A stretch of 64,000 bases of DNA, from contig JAGOQU010000001.1 of assembly GCA_018063165.1 (NCBI GenBank), positions 35,809 to 99,808 on the forward strand, read 5' to 3'. The notes under the pieces were generated by a model. It searched no databases. It had not been told where the DNA came from and saw only the letters and a list, made by a program, of their open reading frames with translations. Below are positions 20,671-30,104 of this stretch, one piece after another; within the stretch, counting starts at the first letter, position 1, and each line of letters begins with the position of its first letter. A program made the translations under genes and the position numbers. Source of the stretch: Minisyncoccota bacterium. Lineage in GTDB: Bacteria; Patescibacteriota; Minisyncoccia; Phycocordibacterales; UBA5272.

Positions 20671-22434
20671 TTATTGTTTCTTTTTAATTTCAGAAGAAAG
20701 TTTTTCTGTAAGTTCATCTACAGACATCTCACCAATTTTACCAAGTGTTATGTGTTCTAGTGTTACAGTATTGTTTGTAACTTCAGCATCGCCAATAACT
20801 GCCCAATAGGGTGTTTTCATGTCTTTAGTATTACGAACTTTTTTGCCAAGTCCATCTTTACTATCATCCAGCTCACTTCGTACATTTAGAGATGTAAGTT
20901 TTTCGTGTACTATTTTTGCGTAATCGTTGTGGGATTCTCTGATAGGTATAACAGAAATTTGTACTGGCGAAAGCCAGAGAGGGAAGTTGCCAGCAACATG
21001 CTCTATAAGTGTAGACATAAAACGTTCAATTGAACCCATAATTGCACAATGTATCATAACGGGTTGTTCACGTTTACCTTCTTCATTTACAAATTCAAGT
21101 CCAAAATTTGTTGGTTGAACAAAATCTAATTGAACGGTTGCCACTTGCCATGTTCTTCCTATAGAATCTTTTGCCATAAAATCTACTTTTGGTCCATAAA
21201 AAGCAGCTTCACCAACACCATCTATCCAAGTGTCAGCACTCTTTTTTTCTAGAAGTGATTTGATTGCATTTTCTGCTTTATTCCAACCTTCTTCACTACC
21301 CATGTATTTTTCAGGGTTTTCTGGGTCACGTCTTGAAAATCGTGGTACGAGAGTAAAACCAAATGTACTATAGAAGTCCTCGATAATTTTCCAGACACTG
21401 GTAATTTCTTCTTCTAATTGTGATTCACGGCAAAATACATGAGCATCATCTTGTGTAATAGAAAGTACACGAGCAAGACCAGAAAGTTCACCTGATTGTT
21501 CATCTCTATACACCATAGTTGTCTCACAAAAACGAAGAGGTAATTCTCTATATGAACGAAGCTCACTCGCATAAATCTGAGCATGATGAGGACAGTTCAT
21601 AGGTTTCATACAAAATGTATGACCATCACGTGTATTGATTTTGAAAAGATCTTCAGCGTATTTTGCCCAATGCCCACTTTTTATATAGAGGTCATTTTTT
21701 GTTATATGTGGAATTGTTACTTTTTGATAACCTTGTTTTTTACGAAGTGACCACACAAAGTCATTCAATTCTTCTCTAATTATAGTACCTCTTGGTGTCC
21801 AAAGAGGAAGACCGGAACCAACAAGATCTGAAAAGGTGAATAGCTTTAGTTGTTTACCTAAAAGACGATGATCACGTTTTTTAGCTTCTTCTTGTTGCAG
21901 TATATAAGCGTCAAGTTCTTCTTTTGTGTTAAAAGCTAAACCATAAATACGTGTAAGCATAGGTTTTGTTTCGTCTCCTCTCCAGTATGCTCCTGCTAGG
22001 TGTGACAACATAAAAGAGTCAGTTGCTATATTGTTAGTATTATCAACATGAGGGCCTTCACATAGATCAAAAAAATCTTCACCTGTGTAATAGAGTGTAA
22101 CGTCTTCTCCTTTTTCTTTAATGCCAGATATTAGTTCGAGTTTGAAGGGGTTAACAGAAAAAAGTCCTTCAGCGATATCTGCTGTAATTGTTTCTTTTTT
22201 AAAAGCGAGATTACGTTTAAGTATCTCAACCATAGTTTTCTGTAGTTTTGGAAGATCTTCTGATGTTAGTTTAGTTCCGTCGACAAAATCTATATCATAA
22301 TAAAAACCTGTTTCTGTAACTGGGCCTATAGTAGGAAGTGCGTGAGGAAAATCATGTTTAATAGCCATTAATAAAATATGTGCCAAAGAATGTCTTTTAT
22401 TAAAAATAGGTGTTTGTGTACTGGTGTGTGACAT
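20671..22434 (-). CDS. thrS: threonine--tRNA ligase (lacks N-terminal TGS domain)
   Basis: tRNA_SAD (HSLAHIL) and class II core (HRLLGKQLKLFTF, LPLWTPRG, RDEQSGELSGLARV). Anticodon-binding domain present. Confidence 0.9.
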   Translation of the reverse strand: MSHTSTQTPIFNKRHSLAHILLMAIKHDFPHALPTIGPVTETGFYYDIDFVDGTKLTSEDLPKLQKTMVEILKRNLAFKKETITADIAEGLFSVNPFKLELISGIKEKGEDVTLYYTGEDFFDLCEGPHVDNTNNIATDSFMLSHLAGAYWRGDETKPMLTRIYGLAFNTKEELDAYILQQEEAKKRDHRLLGKQLKLFTFSDLVGSGLPLWTPRGTIIREELNDFVWSLRKKQGYQKVTIPHITKNDLYIKSGHWAKYAEDLFKINTRDGHTFCMKPMNCPHHAQIYASELRSYRELPLRFCETTMVYRDEQSGELSGLARVLSITQDDAHVFCRESQLEEEITSVWKIIEDFYSTFGFTLVPRFSRRDPENPEKYMGSEEGWNKAENAIKSLLEKKSADTWIDGVGEAAFYGPKVDFMAKDSIGRTWQVATVQLDFVQPTNFGLEFVNEEGKREQPVMIHCAIMGSIERFMSTLIEHVAGNFPLWLSPVQISVIPIRESHNDYAKIVHEKLTSLNVRSELDDSKDGLGKKVRNTKDMKTPYWAVIGDAEVTNNTVTLEHITLGKIGEMSVDELTEKLSSEIKKKQ

Positions 22435-22510
22435 ATATAAATATAGTATCAGAAAATACTCTTTTTGTGGAGTAATATAAAATTGTTATATTTTGGTGTT
22501 TGTTATTTGC

Positions 22511-22538
22511 TTGACATGTGCTACAGATTTTGTACTAT
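22511..22538 (+). promoter_or_regulatory. candidate sigma70 promoter for the LemA gene, in the divergent thrS/lemA intergenic region
   Basis: TTGACA, 16 nt, TACTAT (preceded by TG). Confidence 0.3.
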
Positions 22539-22614
22539 GGAATAACTGGCTAGATATTCCCGTATATACCATGAAATAAAAATCTAGCAAGTAATTTACT
22601 TTAACTTTTATCTT

Positions 22615-23172
22615 ATGATACCACTTTATATTTTTATTGGAATTATCGTTCTCGGTGTGATTCTTGTTGTTGGAATGTACAATGGACTTGTTACAGCTCG
22701 TATGCAAGTAAAAGAAGCATGGGCAGATATTGATGTGCAACTCAAACGTCGCTTTGATCTTATCCCTAATCTGATTAACACTATCAAAGGTGCAACTAAT
22801 TTTGAAAGTTCTACTCTTGAAAAAGTTATTGAAGCTCGTGCTAAAGCTATGCAAGCAGGTACTCCAAAAGAGCACGGTGAGGCAGAAAACGCCCTTTCAG
22901 GAACTCTTAAAAGTATTTTTGCACTTAGTGAGAGTTACCCAGATCTTAAATCAAATCAGAACTTTCTATCTCTTCAAAGTGAGCTTGCAGATACAGAAAA
23001 TAAAATACAAGCTTCTAGACGTTTCTACAATAGTAATGTTATGAACTACAATACAAAAATTCAGACAGTTCCTACAAATATTATTGCTAACATGTTTTCT
23101 TTTACTGAATCAGAATTTTTTGAACTCGCAGAAGGCGACTCTGCTAAGGAAGTTGTAGAAGTAAAATTCTAG
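22615..23172 (+). CDS. LemA family membrane protein
   Basis: N-terminal TM helix plus LemA core (LVTARMQVKEAWADIDVQLKRRFDLIPNLINTIKG). Confidence 0.8.
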   Translation: MIPLYIFIGIIVLGVILVVGMYNGLVTARMQVKEAWADIDVQLKRRFDLIPNLINTIKGATNFESSTLEKVIEARAKAMQAGTPKEHGEAENALSGTLKSIFALSESYPDLKSNQNFLSLQSELADTENKIQASRRFYNSNVMNYNTKIQTVPTNIIANMFSFTESEFFELAEGDSAKEVVEVKF

Positions 23173-23229
23173 TTTATTCTATTCTGAAGTAGAAATAAGT
23201 ATTTCTACTAGTATAGTATCTATTAAAAT

Positions 23230-24135
23230 ATGACAACTCTTTATACAAATCAGTCAACCAATGTAAAAAAAACATGGTTTCTTATGACTAGTTTTCTTGT
23301 TCTTATTATAGCAATCGGTTTCGGTCTTTCTTTTACGTATGGTAATCCATATTTTTTGTATATAGCTATTGGTATTAGTTTGATTACCAATATAGGTGCT
23401 TATTGGTTTTCTGATAAGCTTGTACTTCAAATGGCTGGTGCAAAAAAAATAGAATCAAAAGACGACTATCCTGAACTTTGGAATACCATGGAAAATCTTT
23501 GTATAACTGCAGGGCTTCCAATGCCAAAGTTGTATGTAATTGATGATCCTGCTCCAAACGCTTTTGCGACAGGTAGAGATAAAAATCATTCTGTGGTCGC
23601 TGTAACATCAGGTCTTTTACCTTTATTAACAAAATCAGAATTAGAAGGTGTGCTTGCACATGAGCTTTCTCATATTGGTAATAAAGACATGCTTATACAA
23701 ACGGTTGTTGTTGTGTTCGCAGGAATGATTTCTATTATTGCAAATATTGCACTACATATTTCTTCTGTGGGTGGTAATGAAAAAAAGAATCCTTTTCTTG
23801 TTATCCTTGGTTTTGTAGGAATCTTACTTGCTCCTATTGTTGCAACAATTATTAAACTTGCCATTTCGCGTGAGCGTGAATTTTTGGCTGACGCTACAGG
23901 CGCTCTTATTACTAGATATCCAGAAGGTCTTGCTTCAGCTCTTGAAAAGATTAGTAATTTTCATCAGCCTATGCGTATACAAAATAACACTATTGCGCAT
24001 TTGTTTATTTCTGATCCTACTGGAATTAATGATGAGACAGAAGTTAGAGAGCATGAAAAAGTTTCTTTTGTTCAAAAGTTATTCATGACACATCCTCCTG
24101 TAAAAGAGAGAGTTGCGCGATTACTGGTAAAATAG
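23230..24135 (+). CDS. htpX: zinc metalloprotease HtpX homolog (M48 family)
   Basis: Four TM segments. HELSH zinc-binding motif (LAHELSHIGNKD). C-terminal FMTHPPVKERV. Confidence 0.85.
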   Translation: MTTLYTNQSTNVKKTWFLMTSFLVLIIAIGFGLSFTYGNPYFLYIAIGISLITNIGAYWFSDKLVLQMAGAKKIESKDDYPELWNTMENLCITAGLPMPKLYVIDDPAPNAFATGRDKNHSVVAVTSGLLPLLTKSELEGVLAHELSHIGNKDMLIQTVVVVFAGMISIIANIALHISSVGGNEKKNPFLVILGFVGILLAPIVATIIKLAISREREFLADATGALITRYPEGLASALEKISNFHQPMRIQNNTIAHLFISDPTGINDETEVREHEKVSFVQKLFMTHPPVKERVARLLVK

Positions 24136-24184
24136 TTTTCTGTTTTGTAGAAGTAATACTATTTATTTGATATACTTTTTGTAT

Positions 24185-24748
24185 ATGAAAAAAATAATTA
24201 TCGGAGGAGTTATTGGTTTTGTTCTTATTATTGGTATGTGGCTCACTTCATCATATAACACCATGGTGAAGGCAAATCTCGCAGTTGATACACAGTGGGC
24301 TCAGGTAGAGACACAGTATCAGAGACGTTTTGACCTCATTCCTTCACTTGTTGGTGCGGTTAAAGGTATTATGAAGCAAGAGACAACTGTGTTTACGGCA
24401 ATTGCAGAAGCAAGACAGGGGTACGCTGGTGCAAGAACTGTTAATGAGAAAGCTGTTGCAGCAGGGCAGATGGAAAGTGCTCTTGCTAGACTTCTTGTGA
24501 TTACAGAAAATTACCCACAACTTAGATCTATAGAAGCAGTAACTAATCTACAGACGCAACTTGAAGGCACAGAGAATCGTGTTTCAGTGGAAAGAACTCG
24601 CTTTAATGATATTGTTGGTAGTTTTAATGTACAGGTAAGTACTTTTCCAGGTAATCTAATGGCAAAGATTTTTGGTTTTGAAAAACGACCTTTCTTTAAA
24701 TCTGCAGAATCTGCAGAAAAAGCTCCAGTAGTTGATTTAATTCAATAA
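24185..24748 (+). CDS. LemA family membrane protein, second copy
   Basis: Same architecture (QWAQVETQYQRRFDLIPSLVGAVKG). Start placed at MKKIIIGG. Confidence 0.8.
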   Translation: MKKIIIGGVIGFVLIIGMWLTSSYNTMVKANLAVDTQWAQVETQYQRRFDLIPSLVGAVKGIMKQETTVFTAIAEARQGYAGARTVNEKAVAAGQMESALARLLVITENYPQLRSIEAVTNLQTQLEGTENRVSVERTRFNDIVGSFNVQVSTFPGNLMAKIFGFEKRPFFKSAESAEKAPVVDLIQ

Positions 24749-24754
24749 TTATTT

Positions 24755-25645
24755 ATGAAAAAAAGAGCATTAATCAGTGCTCTCTTTTTTGTTATTCCTT
24801 TTCTTGTATATGCTTTTGATATACCTACTAGTCCAGTGGGGTATGTGAATGATTATGCACATGTTTTACAAGAAGATGTTAAACAAAAATTAGAACAAGA
24901 TTTAAGTAATTTTACCGCAAGTACAAGTAATGAAATAGCTGTAGTTATTATTCCTGAGCTTGGTTCAGATACAATAGAACATTATGCTAATACATTATTT
25001 AGCACTTGGAAAATTGGAAATGAAAAAAACGATAATGGTGTTCTTCTCCTTATTTCTATTAATGATAGAAAAGTAAGAATAGAAGTTGGTTATGGGTTAG
25101 AGGGTGCTATACCAGATATTCTTGCGAAGAATATTATAACTACAAAAATAACACCATCGTTTAAACAGGGGGATTATGCTACTGGTGTAACTCTTGCTGT
25201 TGAGGCAATAAAAGAAGCAAGTAGAGGTGAGTATACTCACATAGAAAAAAAGCCAAACTTCTTTTCTTCTGTATCTGGAAATACCATTGAAATACTTTTA
25301 GTTTTTTTATTTTTTGCTCTTCAATATTTATCATCTATTTTAGCAAGAAGTAAATCTTGGTGGGCTGGTGGTATAGTAGGGGGTGTGTTAGGCGGTGTTA
25401 TTACGTTTTTTAATATTTTTGGCACGACTTTAGCGATCAGTGGTGTTATTACAGGAATTCTTGTTATTCTCGGTCTTCTTTTTGATTATGTTGTTTCAAA
25501 CACGTATCAAAATAGAATACAAAGTGGAGGAAGTAGTTTGCCGTGGTGGATAGGTGGAGGAAATGGTTCGTCAGGTGGCAGTGATTCATTTGGAGGTTTT
25601 GGTGGAGGTGATTCAGGTGGTGGTGGTGCGAGTGGTGATTGGTAA
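24755..25645 (+). CDS. TPM domain (YgcG/MOLO-1-like) membrane protein with a Gly-rich C-terminus
   Basis: Signal peptide. TPM core (YVNDYAHVLQ...EIAVVIIPELGSDTIEHYANTLFSTWKIGNEKNDNGVLLLISINDRKVRIEVGYGLEG). TM helices, then GGG repeats. Confidence 0.75.
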   Translation: MKKRALISALFFVIPFLVYAFDIPTSPVGYVNDYAHVLQEDVKQKLEQDLSNFTASTSNEIAVVIIPELGSDTIEHYANTLFSTWKIGNEKNDNGVLLLISINDRKVRIEVGYGLEGAIPDILAKNIITTKITPSFKQGDYATGVTLAVEAIKEASRGEYTHIEKKPNFFSSVSGNTIEILLVFLFFALQYLSSILARSKSWWAGGIVGGVLGGVITFFNIFGTTLAISGVITGILVILGLLFDYVVSNTYQNRIQSGGSSLPWWIGGGNGSSGGSDSFGGFGGGDSGGGGASGDW

Positions 25646-25686
25646 TCAACATACAAAATATAGATAGTCGTTGTATACTTAATTAT

Positions 25687-26043
25687 ATGATAGTATTTGA
25701 TATTATTCTTAGTGCTTTTATTATGTGTGTTGTTGTTTTTTGTTATATAGTTACTATTTCTTTTGTGGTATGGATGATAGTAGATTCTGCAAAACAAGAT
25801 AGATTTTGGTGGCTTGTTGGTATTATAGGTGTACCAATAATAGGTGCCACAATATATTATCTTACAGAAAAGAAACATCAATATAGACAGATTGAGCCAC
25901 ATCATATTCACGAAAGTGAAACTGAACAACAGCATGAAAACGCTCCGAAGAAAAAGAGAGCAAAGAAGGTAAAAGAAAATGTAACTGTTCCAAGTGTTAC
26001 AAGTATTGAAAGTCTTGAAGTGATAAAAGAAGAAGTTAAATAA
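25687..26043 (+). CDS. PLDc_N (phospholipase-D-like N-terminal) domain small membrane protein
   Basis: WMIVDSAKQDRFWWLVGIIGVPIIGATIYYL, typical of the PLD nuclease N-terminal domain family. Start chosen downstream of the TPM stop. Confidence 0.5.
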   Translation: MIVFDIILSAFIMCVVVFCYIVTISFVVWMIVDSAKQDRFWWLVGIIGVPIIGATIYYLTEKKHQYRQIEPHHIHESETEQQHENAPKKKRAKKVKENVTVPSVTSIESLEVIKEEVK

Positions 26044-26049
26044 AATATA

Positions 26050-26077
26050 AAAATCACCCGATGTGGGTGATTTTTAT
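26050..26077. terminator. bidirectional intrinsic terminator
   Basis: ATCACCC-GATGT-GGGTGAT followed by TTTTT. Lies between convergent genes. Confidence 0.5.
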
Positions 26078-26079
26078 TT

Positions 26080-26388
26080 CTAATGTAATACTCTTTCAGT
26101 TTCTTCTATTTTTTCTTTTATTGCGTGTAATATTTCTAATTTATGTTCTTTTGTTGTGCTTTTTGCATATTTTTCAATGAATTCAGAATCTGCAATTATT
26201 TCTCTGAATGTTTTTGAGTGATTGCTTGTAGCATAAAGATACATGGCTTCTTCTCTGGCTTCATCTGTATCTTCAGGTTGGTAAAAAATCTTGGAAAGTT
26301 CAATTTGCATTTCTGTTTCAGTATCCATTTTTTCTTGATTAGACATTGCCTTTTCATTTGACGGTTGCACCATTTCTAAATTTGACAT
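26080..26388 (-). CDS. hypothetical small acidic protein
   Basis: ORF only. Confidence 0.35.
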   Translation of the reverse strand: MSNLEMVQPSNEKAMSNQEKMDTETEMQIELSKIFYQPEDTDEAREEAMYLYATSNHSKTFREIIADSEFIEKYAKSTTKEHKLEILHAIKEKIEETERVLH

Positions 26389-26478
26389 ATATATTTAATT
26401 TATATATAAAAGTATCTCACATTTAAGATTTCCTGTCATGTGTTATAATTGTATTTGTTTTATAAAAGTATATTTATT

Positions 26479-26565
26479 GGAGGCGTCGCATAGCGGTCTA
26501 GTGCACTACCTTGGAAAGGTAGCGACGGGGTAACTTGTCCGAGAGTTCGAATCTCTCCGCCTCCG
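26479..26565 (+). tRNA. tRNA-Ser (anticodon GGA) with long variable arm
   Basis: Acceptor GGAGGCG/CGCCTCC. Anticodon stem CTACC/GGTAG with loop TTGGAAA. Long extra arm. T-arm GAGAG-TTCGAAT-CTCTC. Discriminator G. Confidence 0.85.
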
Positions 26566-26572
26566 CTAGACA

Positions 26573-26665
26573 ATGAAATCGATGGGGAATAAAAATCCGA
26601 CACTGAAAACCTTGAAAAAAGTAGTAAAAGTTCTTGGTGTTAGCATTGATACTTTAATAACTTGA
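26573..26665 (+). pseudogene. 5'-truncated remnant of an XRE-family helix-turn-helix regulator gene (C-terminal 30 codons only)
   Basis: Translation MKSMGNKNPTLKTLKKVVKVLGVSIDTLIT matches the conserved C-terminal half of Cro/C1-type HTH domains (G.RNPSLETLLKIAKALGVSLDEL). It begins 8 nt after the tRNA-Ser 3' end. Confidence 0.5.
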
Positions 26666-26734
26666 ATGTTGTTAAAAGTGTCGATGGTAAAATAATAAGT
26701 AAGGTTATAAATAATAATTAACTAATTAAAAAAT

Positions 26735-27517
26735 ATGAATCAAGAAAATGTTAACAAATTAGTGGATTGGATAAAAGTTAACCAAAATTATTCTACGGAA
26801 CAAGTAAAGCAGTTAGCTTTACAAGGTGGATCAAGTGAAGAAGATTTTAATTCCGCTATGAGTATTGTATCGGCAAATACTATGTCTATCAATAGCCAAC
26901 CTCAAAGAAATTTATTTAGCGACCCATCATTATGGTTATTGCTGTTTTCTAACCTTGTAACTATTTTTTTTGCGACGAAAGAAGGTTGGAATTTATCAAC
27001 AATAATGTGGATTTATTGGTTTCAAAGTATCATAATTGGACTTTTTAATTTTATTAGAATACTTCAGTTAAGAGAGTTTTCTACCGAAGGACTTAAGATA
27101 AATGATCAACCTGCACAACCAACACAAAGCACAAAAAAGTACATTGCTTTTTTCTTCTTATTTCACTACAGTTTTTTTCACTTTGGTTATTCTATATTTC
27201 TTTTAATTGGTTTTTTTAACAAATCTCATGGACAAAGTTTAAGTTCCATAGATTTTAAATTCATCTTTATAGCTACTTTAATCTTTTTTATCAACCATCT
27301 TTTTTCTTATTTTTATAATAGACCGAGAGATACCAAAAAACAGAATATTGGATCATTAATGTTTTATCCTTACGCAAGAATAATTCCAATGCACCTCACT
27401 ATAATTTTTGGTTCATATTTCGTTAGTGCCTTGCCATTTTTTCTTGTACTTAAAACTTTTTCAGATGCTGTGATGCATATTGTTGTGCACAAAGTTTTAA
27501 GAAAAGGTGAGGAGTAA
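26735..27517 (+). CDS. hypothetical polytopic membrane protein
   Basis: Multiple TM helices; no family recognised. Confidence 0.45.
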   Translation: MNQENVNKLVDWIKVNQNYSTEQVKQLALQGGSSEEDFNSAMSIVSANTMSINSQPQRNLFSDPSLWLLLFSNLVTIFFATKEGWNLSTIMWIYWFQSIIIGLFNFIRILQLREFSTEGLKINDQPAQPTQSTKKYIAFFFLFHYSFFHFGYSIFLLIGFFNKSHGQSLSSIDFKFIFIATLIFFINHLFSYFYNRPRDTKKQNIGSLMFYPYARIIPMHLTIIFGSYFVSALPFFLVLKTFSDAVMHIVVHKVLRKGEE

Positions 27518-27557
27518 AGAGGAAGGCGGCAAATTTTCCGAAAAAGCGAATTCAGAA

Positions 27558-27598
27558 TCCCGCCCGCATTCCTCCCCAGACCCCTCCTGCGGGCGGGA
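27558..27598. repeat. GC-rich perfect 11-bp-stem hairpin inside a locally GC-rich, apparently non-coding segment (27520-27650)
   Basis: TCCCGCCCGCA-19 nt loop-TGCGGGCGGGA. No T-tract. Composition contrasts sharply with the AT-rich surroundings. Confidence 0.4.
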
Positions 27599-27777
27599 AA
27601 TCAGCCGAGTCCGTTTTAATCATTTGGATTTTGCTTGAAATAGTTTCGAACTTTGTCCAACAAACACCGCTATAGAAAAAGTAACATGTAGATATATTAT
27701 GATGTGAAAATATCTAAAATAAGAACAGGTATTTGTGGTGGTATTAAAAGTATGTATACGTTATACTAGTAATTAAA

Positions 27778-28410
27778 ATGATTACACTATTTCCTTTTGG
27801 AGAAAAACATAAAGATTATTCAGTTCGTGTTTTGAATGAAAGAGAGGTAAGGTCTTCGGCTGGGGTTTTGTTTGTTCTTGCTTTTATCAGTTTCATGTAC
27901 GCTTTTCTTATTGGAGATTTCTTTCTTACTAAGATTTTTGTTACTTTTTTCTTATTAGATTTTACAATTCGTCTCTTTATTAATTATAGATTTTCTCCTT
28001 CTATAGTAATAGGTAGATTTATTGTACAAAATCAAACTCCAGAATATGTTGGTGCACCACAAAAAAGATTTGCTTGGTTAATTGGATTTTTTTTGAGTTT
28101 CATTATGTTTTTTTTGCTAGTTGTTTTAAATATTATCGGTCCAATTAATGCTTTAATTTGTTTTATTTGTTTACCTTTTTTGTTATTTGAATCAGCTTTT
28201 GGTATATGTATAGGTTGTGTCGTATACAAAAAAATATATAAAAACAATACAATAGAATTATGTGCTGGTAACGTATGTGTTACAAAAGAAAAAGAAGATA
28301 TACAAAAAATAAATAGACTTCAGATTATCCCGGTAATACTAATTCCTTTAAGTATTTTTATACTTATGCATTTTAATATAATAAAAAAAAGAAATAGTTA
28401 CGAGTCATAG
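27778..28410 (+). CDS. hypothetical polytopic membrane protein
   Basis: Four or five hydrophobic helices; no family recognised. Confidence 0.45.
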   Translation: MITLFPFGEKHKDYSVRVLNEREVRSSAGVLFVLAFISFMYAFLIGDFFLTKIFVTFFLLDFTIRLFINYRFSPSIVIGRFIVQNQTPEYVGAPQKRFAWLIGFFLSFIMFFLLVVLNIIGPINALICFICLPFLLFESAFGICIGCVVYKKIYKNNTIELCAGNVCVTKEKEDIQKINRLQIIPVILIPLSIFILMHFNIIKKRNSYES

Positions 28411-28533
28411 TAAAGAAGGGTGTATGGTTCCGTCTTGGGTAGAAACTTCTTGGCATATTGAAATGTGGAAAAAACACCATTGTAAGTAGGTGTTTTGTTT
28501 GTTTTAGTATTCTGCTGGTTATAAATAGGTGTA

Positions 28534-28983
28534 TTACTTTTCTTTGTAATATTCTAGAGATTTTGTTATTTGTAATTTTAGTTGATCATCTCCCAATTCG
28601 TCAGCAAAACCCATAGCTTTTGCGAAAGCTTTTTCCATGGTTTCTATTTCTTTAAGAGATCCTAAAATATTTGCATAAGAAAAATAATAATCATATAAAT
28701 CTTTTGGTTCAAATTGAGAAAGAAAAGCATCCATTCGCTCATCTTCTAACACTTCTTTTGCTTCAGTGTATTTCTCTAAGTCCATTAGTGCCCAGGATTT
28801 TCTTAAATTGACAATTCCAGCAAATCTTCCGCTTATGATATAAGGTTTTCCGTCAGGTTGTTGTGTTTTTAAAATAGCGTCAAATGCTTCTACTGCTTCA
28901 GTGTATTTAGCATTTCTTGATAATTCAGCTGCATTATTAAAAAGTTCGATTAATTCTGGACTTACAAAAGAATCTGGGTTCAT
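28534..28983 (-). CDS. hypothetical protein, TPR-like helical repeats
   Basis: Alpha-helical repeat-like sequence (KYTEAVEAFDAIL, KYTEAKEVLED). Confidence 0.35.
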   Translation of the reverse strand: MNPDSFVSPELIELFNNAAELSRNAKYTEAVEAFDAILKTQQPDGKPYIISGRFAGIVNLRKSWALMDLEKYTEAKEVLEDERMDAFLSQFEPKDLYDYYFSYANILGSLKEIETMEKAFAKAMGFADELGDDQLKLQITKSLEYYKEK

Positions 28984-29145
28984 GTGTATAATTATGTTTA
29001 TTTTTTAAGGGAAACTATGTTTAGTGTATCATTGATCGTTTTAAAAAATGAAATAGATTGTCACAATTATTCTTCTGTTTTGTTATAGTAAGTAAGAGAG
29101 AAAATCTCTAGAAATAGATTAATTAATATAATAATTTAAAATTTT

Positions 29146-30003
29146 ATGAAAAAAGTAACATTATCAACAATCGCACTAAGTATTTTGATATCGTCAGGAT
29201 GTGTTTTTGCAGAAGAGGTGACAATACAACCCGTTTCGTTAGCTGTTCCTTTAACAGCTTCTGTGGTTCCTTCAAATATGAATGGGGATGTGGTGGTGCC
29301 TGTAGTACCTGAGATAAGTTCTGTGTATTCTGTTACAGAAAAAGCAGAAGTGATCAAAGTAACAAGTTTAGAAAAAATGAAGGCAAGAGGTTCACAACTT
29401 ATAAAAGAAAGAGTGAGTGCTCTTAATGGAAACGCTGTACAAATAGCAAAGAGTAAAGGTCTTACACCAGAGCAAAAGACAATGTTTGCCACAAAAATAA
29501 ATACTAAAGTTTCAGAATTAAATGCATTAGGTGTAAAAATTTCTACATCACCTGACGCATCTAGTACAAAAGTTCTTGTAGGTTCTATTTTTAGTGATTT
29601 TAGAATTTACGCTATTGTCATACCACAGATTCGTCTAGAGAAACGTATATATGAGTTACAGAATCATTCCACAAAATTAAATGAAACTTTTGTAAAAGTA
29701 CAAACAAATATTGATACATATAAAGCTAAAGGAAAGGACGTAACTGTATGGCAAAAAGGTTTAGATGATGCTAAAGTACTAGTAGCATCTGAAACACAAA
29801 AGTTACCTCTACTTTTAGCTCAAATAACTGCACTTAAGCCTTCTGATTACGGAACAACTAGTAAAGCAACTATTGAATCAGTTAATAAAAGTGTGAAAGC
29901 TGTTGCTGTTGATTTTCAATCAATACATAAGAAAGTTAAAAGACCAGAATTTATGCGTGCTCTTAAAAAGAGTATGACAAGTACAACAACAGTGATTAAT
30001 TAA
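29146..30003 (+). CDS. hypothetical secreted lipoprotein
   Basis: Signal peptide with lipobox-like ISSGC. No family recognised. Confidence 0.45.
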   Translation: MKKVTLSTIALSILISSGCVFAEEVTIQPVSLAVPLTASVVPSNMNGDVVVPVVPEISSVYSVTEKAEVIKVTSLEKMKARGSQLIKERVSALNGNAVQIAKSKGLTPEQKTMFATKINTKVSELNALGVKISTSPDASSTKVLVGSIFSDFRIYAIVIPQIRLEKRIYELQNHSTKLNETFVKVQTNIDTYKAKGKDVTVWQKGLDDAKVLVASETQKLPLLLAQITALKPSDYGTTSKATIESVNKSVKAVAVDFQSIHKKVKRPEFMRALKKSMTSTTTVIN

Positions 30004-30039
30004 TCTATAGTGTATATATAAAATAATTAACCAATTAAA

Positions 30040-30066
30040 AAAACGTCGAATGACGTTTTTTTTATT
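30040..30066 (+). terminator. intrinsic terminator
   Basis: AACGTC-GAAT-GACGTT followed by TTTTTTTTAT. Confidence 0.5.
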
Positions 30067-30104
30067 TTGTGTATTTAGATGTTGTAGTATGATAGTATGT
30101 ACGT

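Noticed and set aside
25464-25935. His/Pro-rich minus-strand ORFs overlapping the TPM gene 3' end
   Set aside because: Arise from reading the Gly-codon-rich (GGT/GGA) region of the TPM gene on the opposite strand.
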